DNA of 21,160 bases from Octopus sinensis. Taxonomy: Eukaryota. The stretch covers positions 1-21,160 of the forward strand of contig NW_021823788.1 of NCBI RefSeq assembly GCF_006345805.1. The letters run 5' to 3'. A program made the translations under genes and the position numbers. Positions 9,973-19,084 of this stretch are shown here, piece by piece. Under the pieces are notes generated by a model that had not been told where the DNA came from, did not search any database, and worked only from the letters and a program-made list of their open reading frames with translations. Numbering within the stretch: the stretch's first letter is position 1; the number at the start of each line of letters is the position of its first letter.

Positions 9973-10700
9973 AGACAGAAAGTTGGCAGATTGTTATCAC
10001 ATCAGATAAAATACTTACTCTCTCTCGTTACTCTTTTACTTGTTTCAGTCATTTGACTGTGGCCATGCTGGAGCACCGCCTTTAGTCGAGCAGATCAACC
10101 CCAGGACTTATTCTTTGTAAGCCTAGTACTTATTCTATCGGTCTCTTATGCTGAACTGCTAAGTTACGGGGATATAAACACACCAGCATCTGTCGTCAAG
10201 TGATGTGGGGACAAACACAAACATATACACACACACACACATATATACAATGGACTTCTTTCAGTTTCCATATACCAAATCCACTCACAAGGCTTTGGTT
10301 GGCTCAAGGCTATAGTAGAAGACACTTACCGAAGGTGCCACACAGTGGGACTGAACCCAGAACCATGTGGTTGGTAAGCAACCACACAGCCACACCTGTG
10401 CCTTTGTGAAATTTCTTCTGGTTCTTTACATTCTGAGTTCAAATTCCACTAATGTTGATTTTTGCCTGTCGTCCTTTTGGAGTTCATAAACAGCACCAGT
10501 CAAGAATTGAGGTCAATACAGTCAACTAACCCCACCTCCCTCCTCAAAATTGTTGACATCTCATCTCATCTTCTTCGCCCACTTAATTCTGAGAGGGTCA
10601 TGGGAACAGAGTCCTCATGCATGCCCTCCAGATGGTCAAGTATGGTTATTACTGACCTTGTGTCAAAATTTGGAACATTTATTATTATTATTGTTATTAT
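9973..10700 (+). mobile_element. Family-A SINE split by a CORE-like SINE insertion, with an extra insert at ~10557-10650
   Basis: Head aagttggcagattgttatcac...aatactta (9973-10018) resumes at ~10405 as ...ctttacattctgagttcaaattcc; tail at ~10655-10700. Confidence 0.7.
10020..10403 (-). mobile_element. Family-B tRNA-derived CORE-like SINE (octopus OR-type by recollection), near full length
   Basis: Minus head aggcacaggtgtggctgtgtggt...gggttcagtcccac, CORE-like ggcaccttcggtaagtgtctt, internal (TG) tract, (AGTAAAAG)n tail. Confidence 0.85.
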
Positions 10701-10729
10701 TATTGGGCTGGTATAATTGTTATTATGTT

Positions 10730-11479
10730 AGATAGAATGCTTAGTAGCATTTAATGTGGCTTTACATTGGAAGTAGTGATGGTGCGTGGCTTAGTGGTTA
10801 GGGTATTCCACTCACAATATTAAGGTTGTGAGTTCAATTCCTGATGGCACATTGTGTTCTTGAGCAAAACGTTTTATTTCACATTTTTTTAAATTACTTT
10901 ATTGCCCACAGGGGGCTAAACACAGAGGGGATAAACAAGGACAGACAAAGGGATTAAGTCAATTACATCGACACCAGTGCATAACTGGTACTTAGTTAAT
11001 TGACCCTGGAAAGATGAAAGGCAAAGTTGACCTCGGCAGAATTTGATCTCAGAATGTGACGACAGAATGGTAAGCATGCTAACCATTCTGCCAGTTCACA
11101 ACCCTCACTTCATTTCCCATTGCTCCAGTCCATTCGGCTGGCAATAATGAGTTGTACCTGTAATTCACAAGGGGACAGCCTTGTCACACTCTGTGTCACG
11201 CTGAATCTCCCTGAGAACTATGTTAAGGGTACACGTGTCTGTGGTGTACACAGCCACGATAATTTCATAAGCAAGCTGTTTTGTTGATTGGGATTGACTG
11301 GAACCCTCATTGTCATAACAGACAGAGTGCCATACATTGTAGGTTCAAATACCATTGAGGTCAAATTTACCATTCATATTTTAGAGGTCAATAAAATGAA
11401 ATGCCCATCAAGTACTGAAATTCATATCAACAAACCCTCTCCTACTAAAATTTCTGGCCTTGTGCTAATATTCGAAACC
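10730..11479 (+). mobile_element. Three-level nest: family-A copy (10730-11479) containing a tRNA-SINE (10770-11332) containing an inverted family-A copy (10886-11099, -)
   Basis: Outer body breaks at TACATTG (10763-10769) and resumes at TACATTG (11333-11339). Middle SINE has tggcttagtggtt and gagttcaattcc boxes. Inner copy has the same tail as 8640-8705. Confidence 0.75.
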
Positions 11480-11525
11480 ATTATTACATAATGTTGCTAT
11501 TATTATTATTATTATTATTATTATT

Positions 11526-12044
11526 GAGAGAACTGCACTTGCCATCAAAGTGACACTGGGGTACAGATATGCAAAGCCCAATATACCCATCATGACTACC
11601 CGTCTGATAAGGGTACACCAGGCACATGCATCACAACCATATGTGCGCGACATGGTGATCTCATATCAAGATAAACAGCACATGACCTTGCGGGTGGGGC
11701 CAGTGAGAATTTCCTTCAGGTCAAGGAGTCCATCCTGCTCCAAAGGTCCCTGAATAAGGTTTGTTTAAGGATGTTTTAATGACACACTTGTGTTTCCAAA
11801 GGCGAATTATTCAAACCCCTAAGAATCCCTCTCATTACATGGCTATGATGCTCCCCCACTACTTCTGCTTGTGATCAGAGATGCACATATCGTCAGCCAC
11901 TAAGGGACATGCTCAACTGGTTAAGGTCAAACAACTGACAAACAAATCTGTGGTATTGAGCAGAATATTTGTTGTAGCCCATCTTTTATACCAAGACAAA
12001 ACAATGTACATGATGACACTTCCAACCAGTTAAACCTTGAGGGC
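11526..12044. mobile_element. Unclassified ~520-bp interspersed element bounded by (ATT)n on both sides
   Basis: High-complexity block with sharp edges at (ATT)n 11499-11525 and 12045-12059; no credible ORF or A/B box seen. Confidence 0.55.
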
Positions 12045-12059
12045 ATTATTATTATTATT

Positions 12060-12275
12060 AAGGTGGTGAGCTGGCAGAATCGTTAGCACGCTAGGCGAAA
12101 TGCTTAACAGTATTTCATTTGCCACAATATTATGAGTTCAATTCCACCTAGGTTGGACTTTGACTTTCATCCTTTCAGGGTCAATAAATTAAATACCAGT
12201 GAAACACTGGGGTCAATGTAATCAATTAGTTCCCTCCCCCAAAATGTCAAGGCCTTGTGCTTTCAGTAGAAAGGA
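12060..12275 (+). mobile_element. Full-length family-A tRNA-SINE
   Basis: aaggtggtgagctggcagaatcgttagc...gagttcaattcc...ccttgtgctttcagtagaaagg. Confidence 0.88.
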
Positions 12276-12277
12276 TC

Positions 12278-12695
12278 ATTATTATTATTTTATTGTCTTT
12301 GCACAGCTTCTAATGTACTTAGTTCACTACCAGTGAACTAAGGTAACACCCCTTATTTTTCGAGCACCATCCAGAATATTCAAGCGGTTCCAAGCAGTAC
12401 TGTTTTCTGCAAGTGCTCCACCTTTATTGCAGACCCTATTTGTTCCATGTACTTCTCAAGACTTTTGCTCAGTTCCCAGGGCTCCAATAATTATTGGTAC
12501 TACTACCACCTTTTTCAGTGACCACAACTGCTTAACATTCCAAGCTAACCTGGCATATCTTTCGTCTTTTCTTTCCTCCTGATCGCATCCCTTGTTGTCA
12601 GCTGGGCATGCTATATCTATGACCCAGCATCGTTTGCTTTCTTTCTCAGTTAACACTATGTCTGGTTTCTCTATCTCACGGTCGCACTGAATCAT
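12278..12695 (-). mobile_element. Second 5'-truncated R4/Dong-type RLE fragment (different family), decayed
   Basis: IQCDREIEKPDIVLTEKESKRCWVIDIACPADNK...KDERYARLAWNVKQLWSLKKVVVVPIIIGALGT, frameshift, then SKSLEKYMEQIGSAIKVEHLQKTVLLGTA*IFWMVLE. PD..D..K RLE motif; (ATT)n on both sides. Confidence 0.88.
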
Positions 12696-12724
12696 ATTAT
12701 TATTATTATTATTATTTCTTCCAT

Positions 12725-12888
12725 ACATTTACACTCTGACTTGACATTCCACCAAGGTCAACTTTACCATTCATCTCTCCAGACTTGATAACACAAAGTT
12801 CCTGTCAAGTAATGGAGTTGCTGGTTTTTATTAATACCCTTCCCTCAAAATTGTTGGCTTTATGCCTAAATCAGGAGACATTATTATT
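12725..12888 (+). mobile_element. Diverged family-A SINE 3' part
   Basis: ccaaggtcaactttaccattcatc...aaaattgttggctttatgcctaaa...attattatt. Confidence 0.65.
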
Positions 12889-12974
12889 GAAGAACTGGGA
12901 TAAAGTGATGGGCTGAGTGGCCAGTCTCACCCAGAAATGGGGCCTAAAGAGAGCTATCTCTGAAAGGATGAGCA

Positions 12975-13226
12975 ATAAAGTAAGTAAATTTACTTTCTCG
13001 AGACGTACTGACTAATAAGGGCCGGTTTCCTGATTTCATGGTATATATATTCACTGCCTGGACGGGACGCCAGTCCATCGCAGGATTACTCGTTTTTGCC
13101 AGCTGAGTGAACTGGAGCAATGTGAAATGAAGTGGTTTGCTCAAGAACACAATGCTTTGCCTGGTCCAAGAATTGAAACCACAATCTTATGATCATGAGC
13201 CCAAAGCCCTAACCACTAAGCCATGC
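12975..13226 (-). mobile_element. tRNA-SINE carrying a V-domain-like motif
   Basis: Minus head atggcttagtggttaggg...gtggtttcaattc, then ttgtgttcttgagcaa, then CCTGCGATGGACTGGCGTCCCGTCCAGG (13084-13057), which resembles the V-SINE central domain as I recall it. Confidence 0.7.
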
Positions 13227-13229
13227 AGA

Positions 13230-14120
13230 GGTGGTGAATGCTTACACTGCCTTTTATATATTACCCTGTGACCATCATGCCTTACCCCAATCTATATCTG
13301 GCTGGACTGAAGCACCTGCTCTTCTATTTTCTGATAGGATGGAATGCATTCTACTGGTCAGGCATTCTTTTTTTGTTTTTCAACACCCACTAAGTTGAGG
13401 ACTGGGAATGCCATGGTTGATGATATGCAGACATGCACTGAGACTACAACATCTCCAGTGTTTCTTCAACAGCAAGCACCATTGCTCATCACTTTGATTG
13501 AGCTGCACTCTGGATCAAGGTAGATCAAGGCAGGACACTTGGCATGTTCAGTGTCTTCAAGAACTCATAGCCTTCAGCCAGTTGGACAATGCAGTTTGGC
13601 TTTCTATTGGGTTTTAGAGGTGGACATGAGTGACAACATTCATGGGGAGACTCTTCATGTCAATGAGAATCAACTGACCGGTCTATTCCAGAAGAATTTC
13701 TGCTCATGGTCCTTGGATAATTCTCAGAAATCTCTGGCATGGCAGTGCTATTAAGGAGCACTGCTAGTTCAAGATAAACTTGAACAGACATAGAAGTGCT
13801 GTTAACCAGGCCTGCTCAATGTGTATGCTGAGCAACAAAATTATTTTGCATGCATTTGTCCTGTGTCTGAGTATTGCTGACTTACAGACTCATGTTGAAT
13901 GCCTGCTATTGTATGTAGAACAGGTCAAGATATATCAGCTGAGTTGTCCACTCCCTTCCTTTGGCCTGAAAGGACGGGGAGTGTTTATCTGTCTAATGTC
14001 CTTTGCAAAAATGGTTGTGTGGTGATGAGATTAAAAGGGCTGCAGACAGAGGCATTCCTCTTTGGTCAAGTCCTCATCAACTTTTTAATTTTGATTTGAA
14101 AAGGAAAATGAGGCTGGAGC
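13230..14120 (+). mobile_element. Decayed L1/Tx1-clade LINE ORF2 C-terminus (zf-RVT/CCHC region)
   Basis: Across frameshifts: DNSQKSLAWQCY*GALLVQDKL, RHRSAVNQACSMCMLSNKIILHAFVLC (CxxC-x8-H-x4-C at 13813-13866), PLPSFGLKGRGVFICLMSFAKMVVW, RLKGL. Confidence 0.68.
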
Positions 14121-14210
14121 AGGGTCGATAAAATAGGTATCAGTTAAGCACTAGGGTTGATATAATCGACTTAACCCCTCCCCCGCCAAAATTGTGCCTA
14201 AAATTTCAAT
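14121..14210 (+). mobile_element. Family-A SINE 3' fragment
   Basis: gggtcgataaaatagg...gttgatataatcgactt...ccaaaattgtgcctaaa. Confidence 0.65.
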
Positions 14211-14235
14211 CAGTATATTAGTATGTATACATATA

Positions 14236-14507
14236 TTACTCTTTTCTCTGCTTCAGTCATTTGACTGTGGACATGCTGGGGCACCACTTAAAAGGGCGTT
14301 AGCCAAAGAAATCGCCCCAAGGACTTATTCTTTGTAAGCCTAGTACTTATTCTATCAGTCTCTTTTACCAAACTGCTAAGTTACAGGTACATGAACACAC
14401 CAGCATCAGTTGTGAAGTGATGGGGGTGGGGGACAAACACGAGCACATACACACATTCTCTCTCACATGCACACACTCACACACAAGCACACTCACACAC
14501 ACAAATA

Positions 14508-14544
<37 letters not shown>

Positions 14545-15315
14545 AACCAGTCCACTTATGCGTGCTTTTTCTTCATTGGACATTAAACTCTGCTTGTGAA
14601 GACCAGTTGAGGCAAGTGAAATCGAAGTCGAAATCAAACTCGGTGACTGGTATCCGCTGCTAGTGGAGCGCTAAGAGTACCATACGAGTGAGATCATTGC
14701 CAGAGCAACAAGCTGGCCTTCGTGCTGATGGCACGTTAAACACACCATTCGAGCTTGATCATTACCACGTCACCTTACTAGCACTTGTGCTGGTGGCACG
14801 TGAAACATTCGAGCAAGGTCGTTGCTAGTGCCGCTGGACTGGCTCCTGTGCAGGTGGCACATAAAAAGCACCATTTGGATGTGGCCGTTGCCAATACAAC
14901 CAAACTGGCTCTCGTGCCAGTGGCACATAAAAGCACCCACTACACTCTCGGAGTGGTTGGCGTTAGGAAGGGCATCCAGCTGTAGAAACTCTGCCAGATC
15001 AGATTGGAGTTTGGTTCGCCAGACCTCAGTCAAATCGTCCAACCCATGCTAGCATGGAAAGCAGATGTTAAATGATGATGATGAGGATGTATATATATGA
15101 AGGGCTTCTTTCAGTTTCTGTCTACCAAATCCACTTACACACACACACACGCAACAGACTTCCACAGGGTTTCTGTCTACCAAATATGCTCACAAGGCTT
15201 TGGTTGACCTGAAGTTAAACTAGAAGAAACTTACCCAAGGTGCCATGCAGTGAGACTGAACCCAAAACCATGTAGTTGGGAAGCAAATCTCTTGACCACA
15301 CACCCATATCTGCCC
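14236..15315 (-). mobile_element. Family-B SINE interrupted by an RTE 3' end; halves 14236-14541 and 15098-15315
   Basis: Both halves align to 10020-10403; the break is in the internal (CA)/(TA) tract. Confidence 0.8.
14542..15083 (+). mobile_element. RTE-clade LINE 3' end with four ~63-bp tandem units and (GAT)n tail
   Basis: Shares ggagtggttggcgttaggaagggcatccag...ccaacccatgc...aaatgatgatg with 16790-17139, which has RTE coding sequence upstream. Confidence 0.7.
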
Positions 15316-15479
15316 TACCATACCTCTCTCTTTCTTTCTCTATCACTTACACACACACACATACATAATCACATGGAGAGGAGACATTTGTAAAGCACCT
15401 TTCAATGAAACATAAAGCTGAGCTATGAAAGGATGAAAGCCACAGATGTTAAGGAGAAAGACAATGAAGGCTAGATCCT

Positions 15480-15720
15480 ATTTTAGGATGCTAAAGAATT
15501 TGATGAAGGAGGCCATGTGGCTGCTATTCAGAAGTACATTGATCCTGTAATGCAAACCTCCCTTTGTTGGCAATATTCCTGCAATATTTCTTATGGAACA
15601 TGATACCAAAGTACTTCAGTCTCGCCATATTCATTTCAGACATTGTGTGTGATCTTAGTCAGCTGCATAGAGGTTTTGTTTCTTTTAATCTGTCGACTGT
15701 TTTAGCGAACTACTTGGATC
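15480..15720 (-). mobile_element. Possible ancient RTE RT fragment
   Basis: Minus strand MARLKYFGIM resembles the RTE RLKYFGH motif; flanks heavily decayed. Confidence 0.3.
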
Positions 15721-15861
15721 TGTCTGTCTCTTTCTCTCTCCTTCATTCTTTCCATTGTTTATGTTTCACAACATTTATGTTTTTCTGACTATCCCACTAG
15801 CTTTTTGCATGATGAGTGTAGGTCTCACTCCTCTCTCTCCTCTTCTCTCCTCTCTCTCCTC

Positions 15862-15868
<7 letters not shown>

Positions 15869-15909
<41 letters not shown>

Positions 15910-15925
15910 TATATATATATATATG
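15869..15925. repeat. (TA)n microsatellite preceded by a (TC)-rich tract
   Basis: Directly visible. Confidence 0.9.
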
Positions 15926-15952
15926 TATGTGTGTATAAGAGTTATATGAATG

Positions 15953-16245
15953 TGCATGTTTACTGGTTAGGGAGTTGCACTCACGATTGCGAGATCGTGG
16001 GTTCAATTCTCAAACTGGGCATTGCATTGTGTTCTTGAGCAAAGCACTTCATTTCATGTTGCTCGGTGATCATTTCGACATCTGACATGTGGCACCCAGC
16101 TGCACCTGTACAGGTAATGTCGATTTGATGGAGAGAGTGAGCTTATGTCTACACAAACATTTGATCATTATAAACAGATCATCTGTGTGGTTGTCTGGTA
16201 AGAAATTGTCAAACCGCCATAACCCATCTAACGACAGGAGAGTCC

Positions 16246-16246
<1 letters not shown>
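15953..16246 (+). mobile_element. tRNA-SINE with the shared head and ttgtgttcttgagcaa block and a distinct body
   Basis: tggttagggagttgcactcacg...gggttcaattc...cattgtgttcttgagcaaagcacttcatttc. Confidence 0.7.
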
Positions 16247-16247
<1 letters not shown>

Positions 16248-16321
<74 letters not shown>

Positions 16322-16332
16322 CATATATATAC
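16248..16332. repeat. (TA)n microsatellite
   Basis: Directly visible. Confidence 0.95.
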
Positions 16333-16404
16333 ATACAGTATATAGATCTGTATATATTTTCACTTATATATTTATACGTACATGATGATGATGATATACA
16401 TATA

Positions 16405-16785
16405 TTCTTTTACTCTTTTACTTGTTTCAGTTATTTGACTGCAGCCATGCTGGAGCACCGCCTTTAGTTGAGCAAATCGACCCCAGGACTTATTCTTTGT
16501 AAGCCTAGTACTTATTCTATCGGTCTCTTTTGGCGAACTGCTAGGTTACGGGGACGTAAACACACCAGCTTCGGTTGTCAAGTGATGTTGGGGGGGACAA
16601 ACACACACACACACACATATATGATGGGCTTATTTCAGTTTCCGTCTTCCAAATCCACTCACAAGGCTTTGGTCAGCCCAAGGCTATAGTAGAGGACACT
16701 TGCCCAAGATGCCACGCAGTGGGACTGAACCCGGAGCCATGTGGTTGGTAAGCAAGCTACTTACCACACAGCCACTCCTGTGCCT
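16405..16785 (-). mobile_element. Full-length family-B CORE-like SINE
   Basis: Minus head aggcacaggagtggctgtgtggtaag...gggttcagtcccactgcgtggcatcttgggcaagtgtc. Confidence 0.9.
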
Positions 16786-16789
16786 ATTA

Positions 16790-17139
16790 TATATGTATAA
16801 AGTCTGCATAAAGAAGTGTCGATCTCTAACTGTAGAGGGAACCTGTGGAAGAGGTAGACCCAGGAAGACATGGGATAAAGTGGTGAAATATGATCCTTGG
16901 ATGTTGAGTCTCACAGAGATGATGAAAAGTGATCAATGCCAAGTAAAATCATAGTCATGGCCAGTGGCATGTGAAAGGCACACACTACACTCTTGGAGTG
17001 GTTGGTCTTAGGAAGGGCATCCAGTCATAGACACCAAGACAAATCAGGCTGGAGCCTGGTACAGCCCTTCGGCTTACCTGTTCCAGGAAAACCTTCTAAC
17101 CCATGCCAACATGGAAAACGGATGCTAAATGATGATGAT
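16790..17139 (+). mobile_element. 5'-truncated RTE LINE: RT C-terminus, 3' UTR and (GAT)n
   Basis: CIKKCRSLTVEGTCGRGRPRKTWDKVVKYD (GRGRPRKTW motif), followed by the shared 3' UTR. Confidence 0.8.
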
Positions 17140-17231
17140 ATCCAGGACGCACACATATTTATTCATGCATAAATGGTAGAAAGCTGGACAAGGAGATTAT
17201 AAATATGCACACACTCACACACTATCTATCT

Positions 17232-17262
<31 letters not shown>

Positions 17263-17284
17263 CATTAAATACATACATACATAG

Positions 17285-17620
17285 ACTCTTTTACTCTTTT
17301 ACTTGTTTCAGTCATTTGACTGTGGCCATGCTGGAGCACCACCTTTAGTCAAGCAAATCAACCCCAGGGCCTATTCTTTGTAAGCCTAGTACTTATTCTA
17401 TCGGTCTCTTTTGCTGAACCGCTAATGTTACGGGGACATAAACACACAAGCGATGTTGGGGGGACAAACACAGACACACAAACATATACAAACAAATCCA
17501 CTCACAAGGCTTTGGTCAGCCCAAGGCTATAGTAGAAGATACCTGCCCAAGGTGCCACGCAGTGGGACTGAACCCGGAACCATGTGGTTCGTAAGCAAGC
17601 TACTTACCAAACAGCCACTC
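17285..17620 (-). mobile_element. Family-B SINE with an internal deletion
   Basis: Aligns to 16405-16785. Confidence 0.88.
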
Positions 17621-17950
17621 ATCATCATCATCATCATCATCGTTTAACGTCCGCTTTCCATGCTACCATGGGTTGGACGGTTCAACTGGGGTCTGGGAAG
17701 CCCGAAGGCCGCACCAGGCTCCAGTCAGATCTGGCAGTGTTTCTACGGCTGGATGCCCTTCCTAACGCCAACCACTCCGTGAGTGTAGTGGGTGCTTTTT
17801 ATATGCCACCAACACAGGTGCCAGACGAGGCTGGCGAACGGCCACGCTCGGATGGTGCTTTTTACGTGCCACCAGCACGGTGGCCAGGCAAGGATGGTGT
17901 CTGTTACGTGCCACCAGCACGGAGGCCAGTCAATGCGGTGCTGGCTACGC
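17621..17950 (-). mobile_element. RTE 3' end, (GAT)n tail at 17621-17640, three tandem units
   Basis: Reverse complement of the 14930-15083 module. Confidence 0.75.
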
Positions 17951-17967
17951 CTATATATATAAATCTT

Positions 17968-18345
17968 ATATTTTTTACTTGTTTCAGTCTTTTGACTGTT
18001 GCCATACTGGGGCATCTCCTTGAAGGGTTTTAATTGGGCAACACAAACCCAGTACTCTTTTTTTTTTTAAAGCCTGGTACTTATTCTATCAGTCTCCCTT
18101 GCTGAACCACTAAGTTACAGGGATGTAAATAAACCCAACACCAGTTGTCAAGTAGTGCTGTGTAATAAACACAAGTACACACATAGATACATACACACAC
18201 ACATACATGATGGACTTCTTTCAGTTTCTGTATATCAAATCCACTCACAAGGTTTTGATCAATCCTGGGCTATAGTAGAAGCCATTTGCCCATGGTGCCA
18301 CACAGGAGGACTGAACCCAGAACTCTGTGCTTAAGAAACAAACTT
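17968..18345 (-). mobile_element. Diverged family-B SINE, head cut at the hammerhead element
   Basis: tttacttgtttcagtc...ccactcacaagg...ggactgaacccagaac. Confidence 0.8.
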
Positions 18346-18351
18346 CAAACT

Positions 18352-18658
18352 TCTTCAGTTCTATATTTAAGACATGAGGAAGAATTGTGTACATTATTTA
18401 CATTTGATAGATATTTGTCCTCATCTTGTTTATTGTTAACACAACGTTTCAGCTGATATACCCTCCAGCCTTCATCAGGTGACTTAGGGAATTTTCGAAC
18501 CTGGGTTCTCATTCCTAAGGTATTTTTCGATGTTATTATTATTAAGGTCACTGCCTGCAATTGAACTCAGAATCTCGGGGTTAGTAGCCCGTGTTCTTAA
18601 CCACTACGCCATAAGATGAGGACAAATATCTGTCAAATATAAATAATGTAAATAATGT
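18352..18658 (-). mobile_element. Non-autonomous tRNA-headed, hammerhead-containing element with an inverted 3' cap
   Basis: Minus strand: TGGCGTAGTGGTTAAG A-box from 18611, cloverleaf-like arm, GAGTTCAATT B-box, hammerhead at 18481-18440. 18391-18427 and 18613-18649 are 35/37 inverted repeats. Confidence 0.8.
18440..18481 (-). ncRNA. Minimal type-I hammerhead ribozyme motif
   Basis: CAC-CUGAUGA-A-GGCUG-gaggguauau-CAGCU-GAAAC-GUU-GUG. Helix I CAC/GUG, helix II GGCUG/CAGCU, palindromic AACGUU helix III, triplet GUU at 18445-18443. Confidence 0.75.
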
Positions 18659-18660
18659 TC

Positions 18661-18957
18661 AGGGCAAGTGTCTTCTACTATAGCCTCAGGCCAACCAAAG
18701 TCTTGAGAGTGGATTTGGTAGACGGAAACAGAAAGAAGCCTGTCGTATATGTATGTGTCTGTGTTTGTCCCCCTCCCCATCGCTTGACAACCAATGTTGC
18801 TGTGTTTACATTTCCATAGCTTAGCGGTTCAGCAAAACAGACTGATAGAATAAGTACTAGGCTTACAAAGAATAAGTCCTGTGGTTGATTTGTTCGACTA
18901 AAAGGCAGTGCTCAGCATGGCTGCAATCAAATGACTGAAACAAATAAAAGAATAGAA
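18661..18957 (+). mobile_element. 5'-truncated family-B SINE, opposite orientation to its neighbours
   Basis: gggcaagtgtcttctactatagcc...aaatgactgaaacaaataaaagaatagaat. Confidence 0.88.
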
Positions 18958-19084
18958 TATATAGTGTATACATAAGAGTACCACATTTTAGCATGCATGT
19001 GCTGAAGCTAATACAGCCAACCTAAAGAATGTTTTGGCAAAAGTGCAGATAATTTTTAACTTCCCCTTGTACACATATTGTTTG

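Noticed and set aside
11890-11896. CUGACGA on the minus strand in the orphan element
   Set aside because: No downstream GAAA or hammerhead stems.
8185-12888. CRISPR-like or satellite array
   Set aside because: Eukaryotic context; units are 150-230-bp diverged SINEs with irregular spacing.
18545-18612. Functional tRNA gene (also other SINE heads)
   Set aside because: The acceptor stem is missing and the T-arm is imperfect; it is embedded in a repeat.
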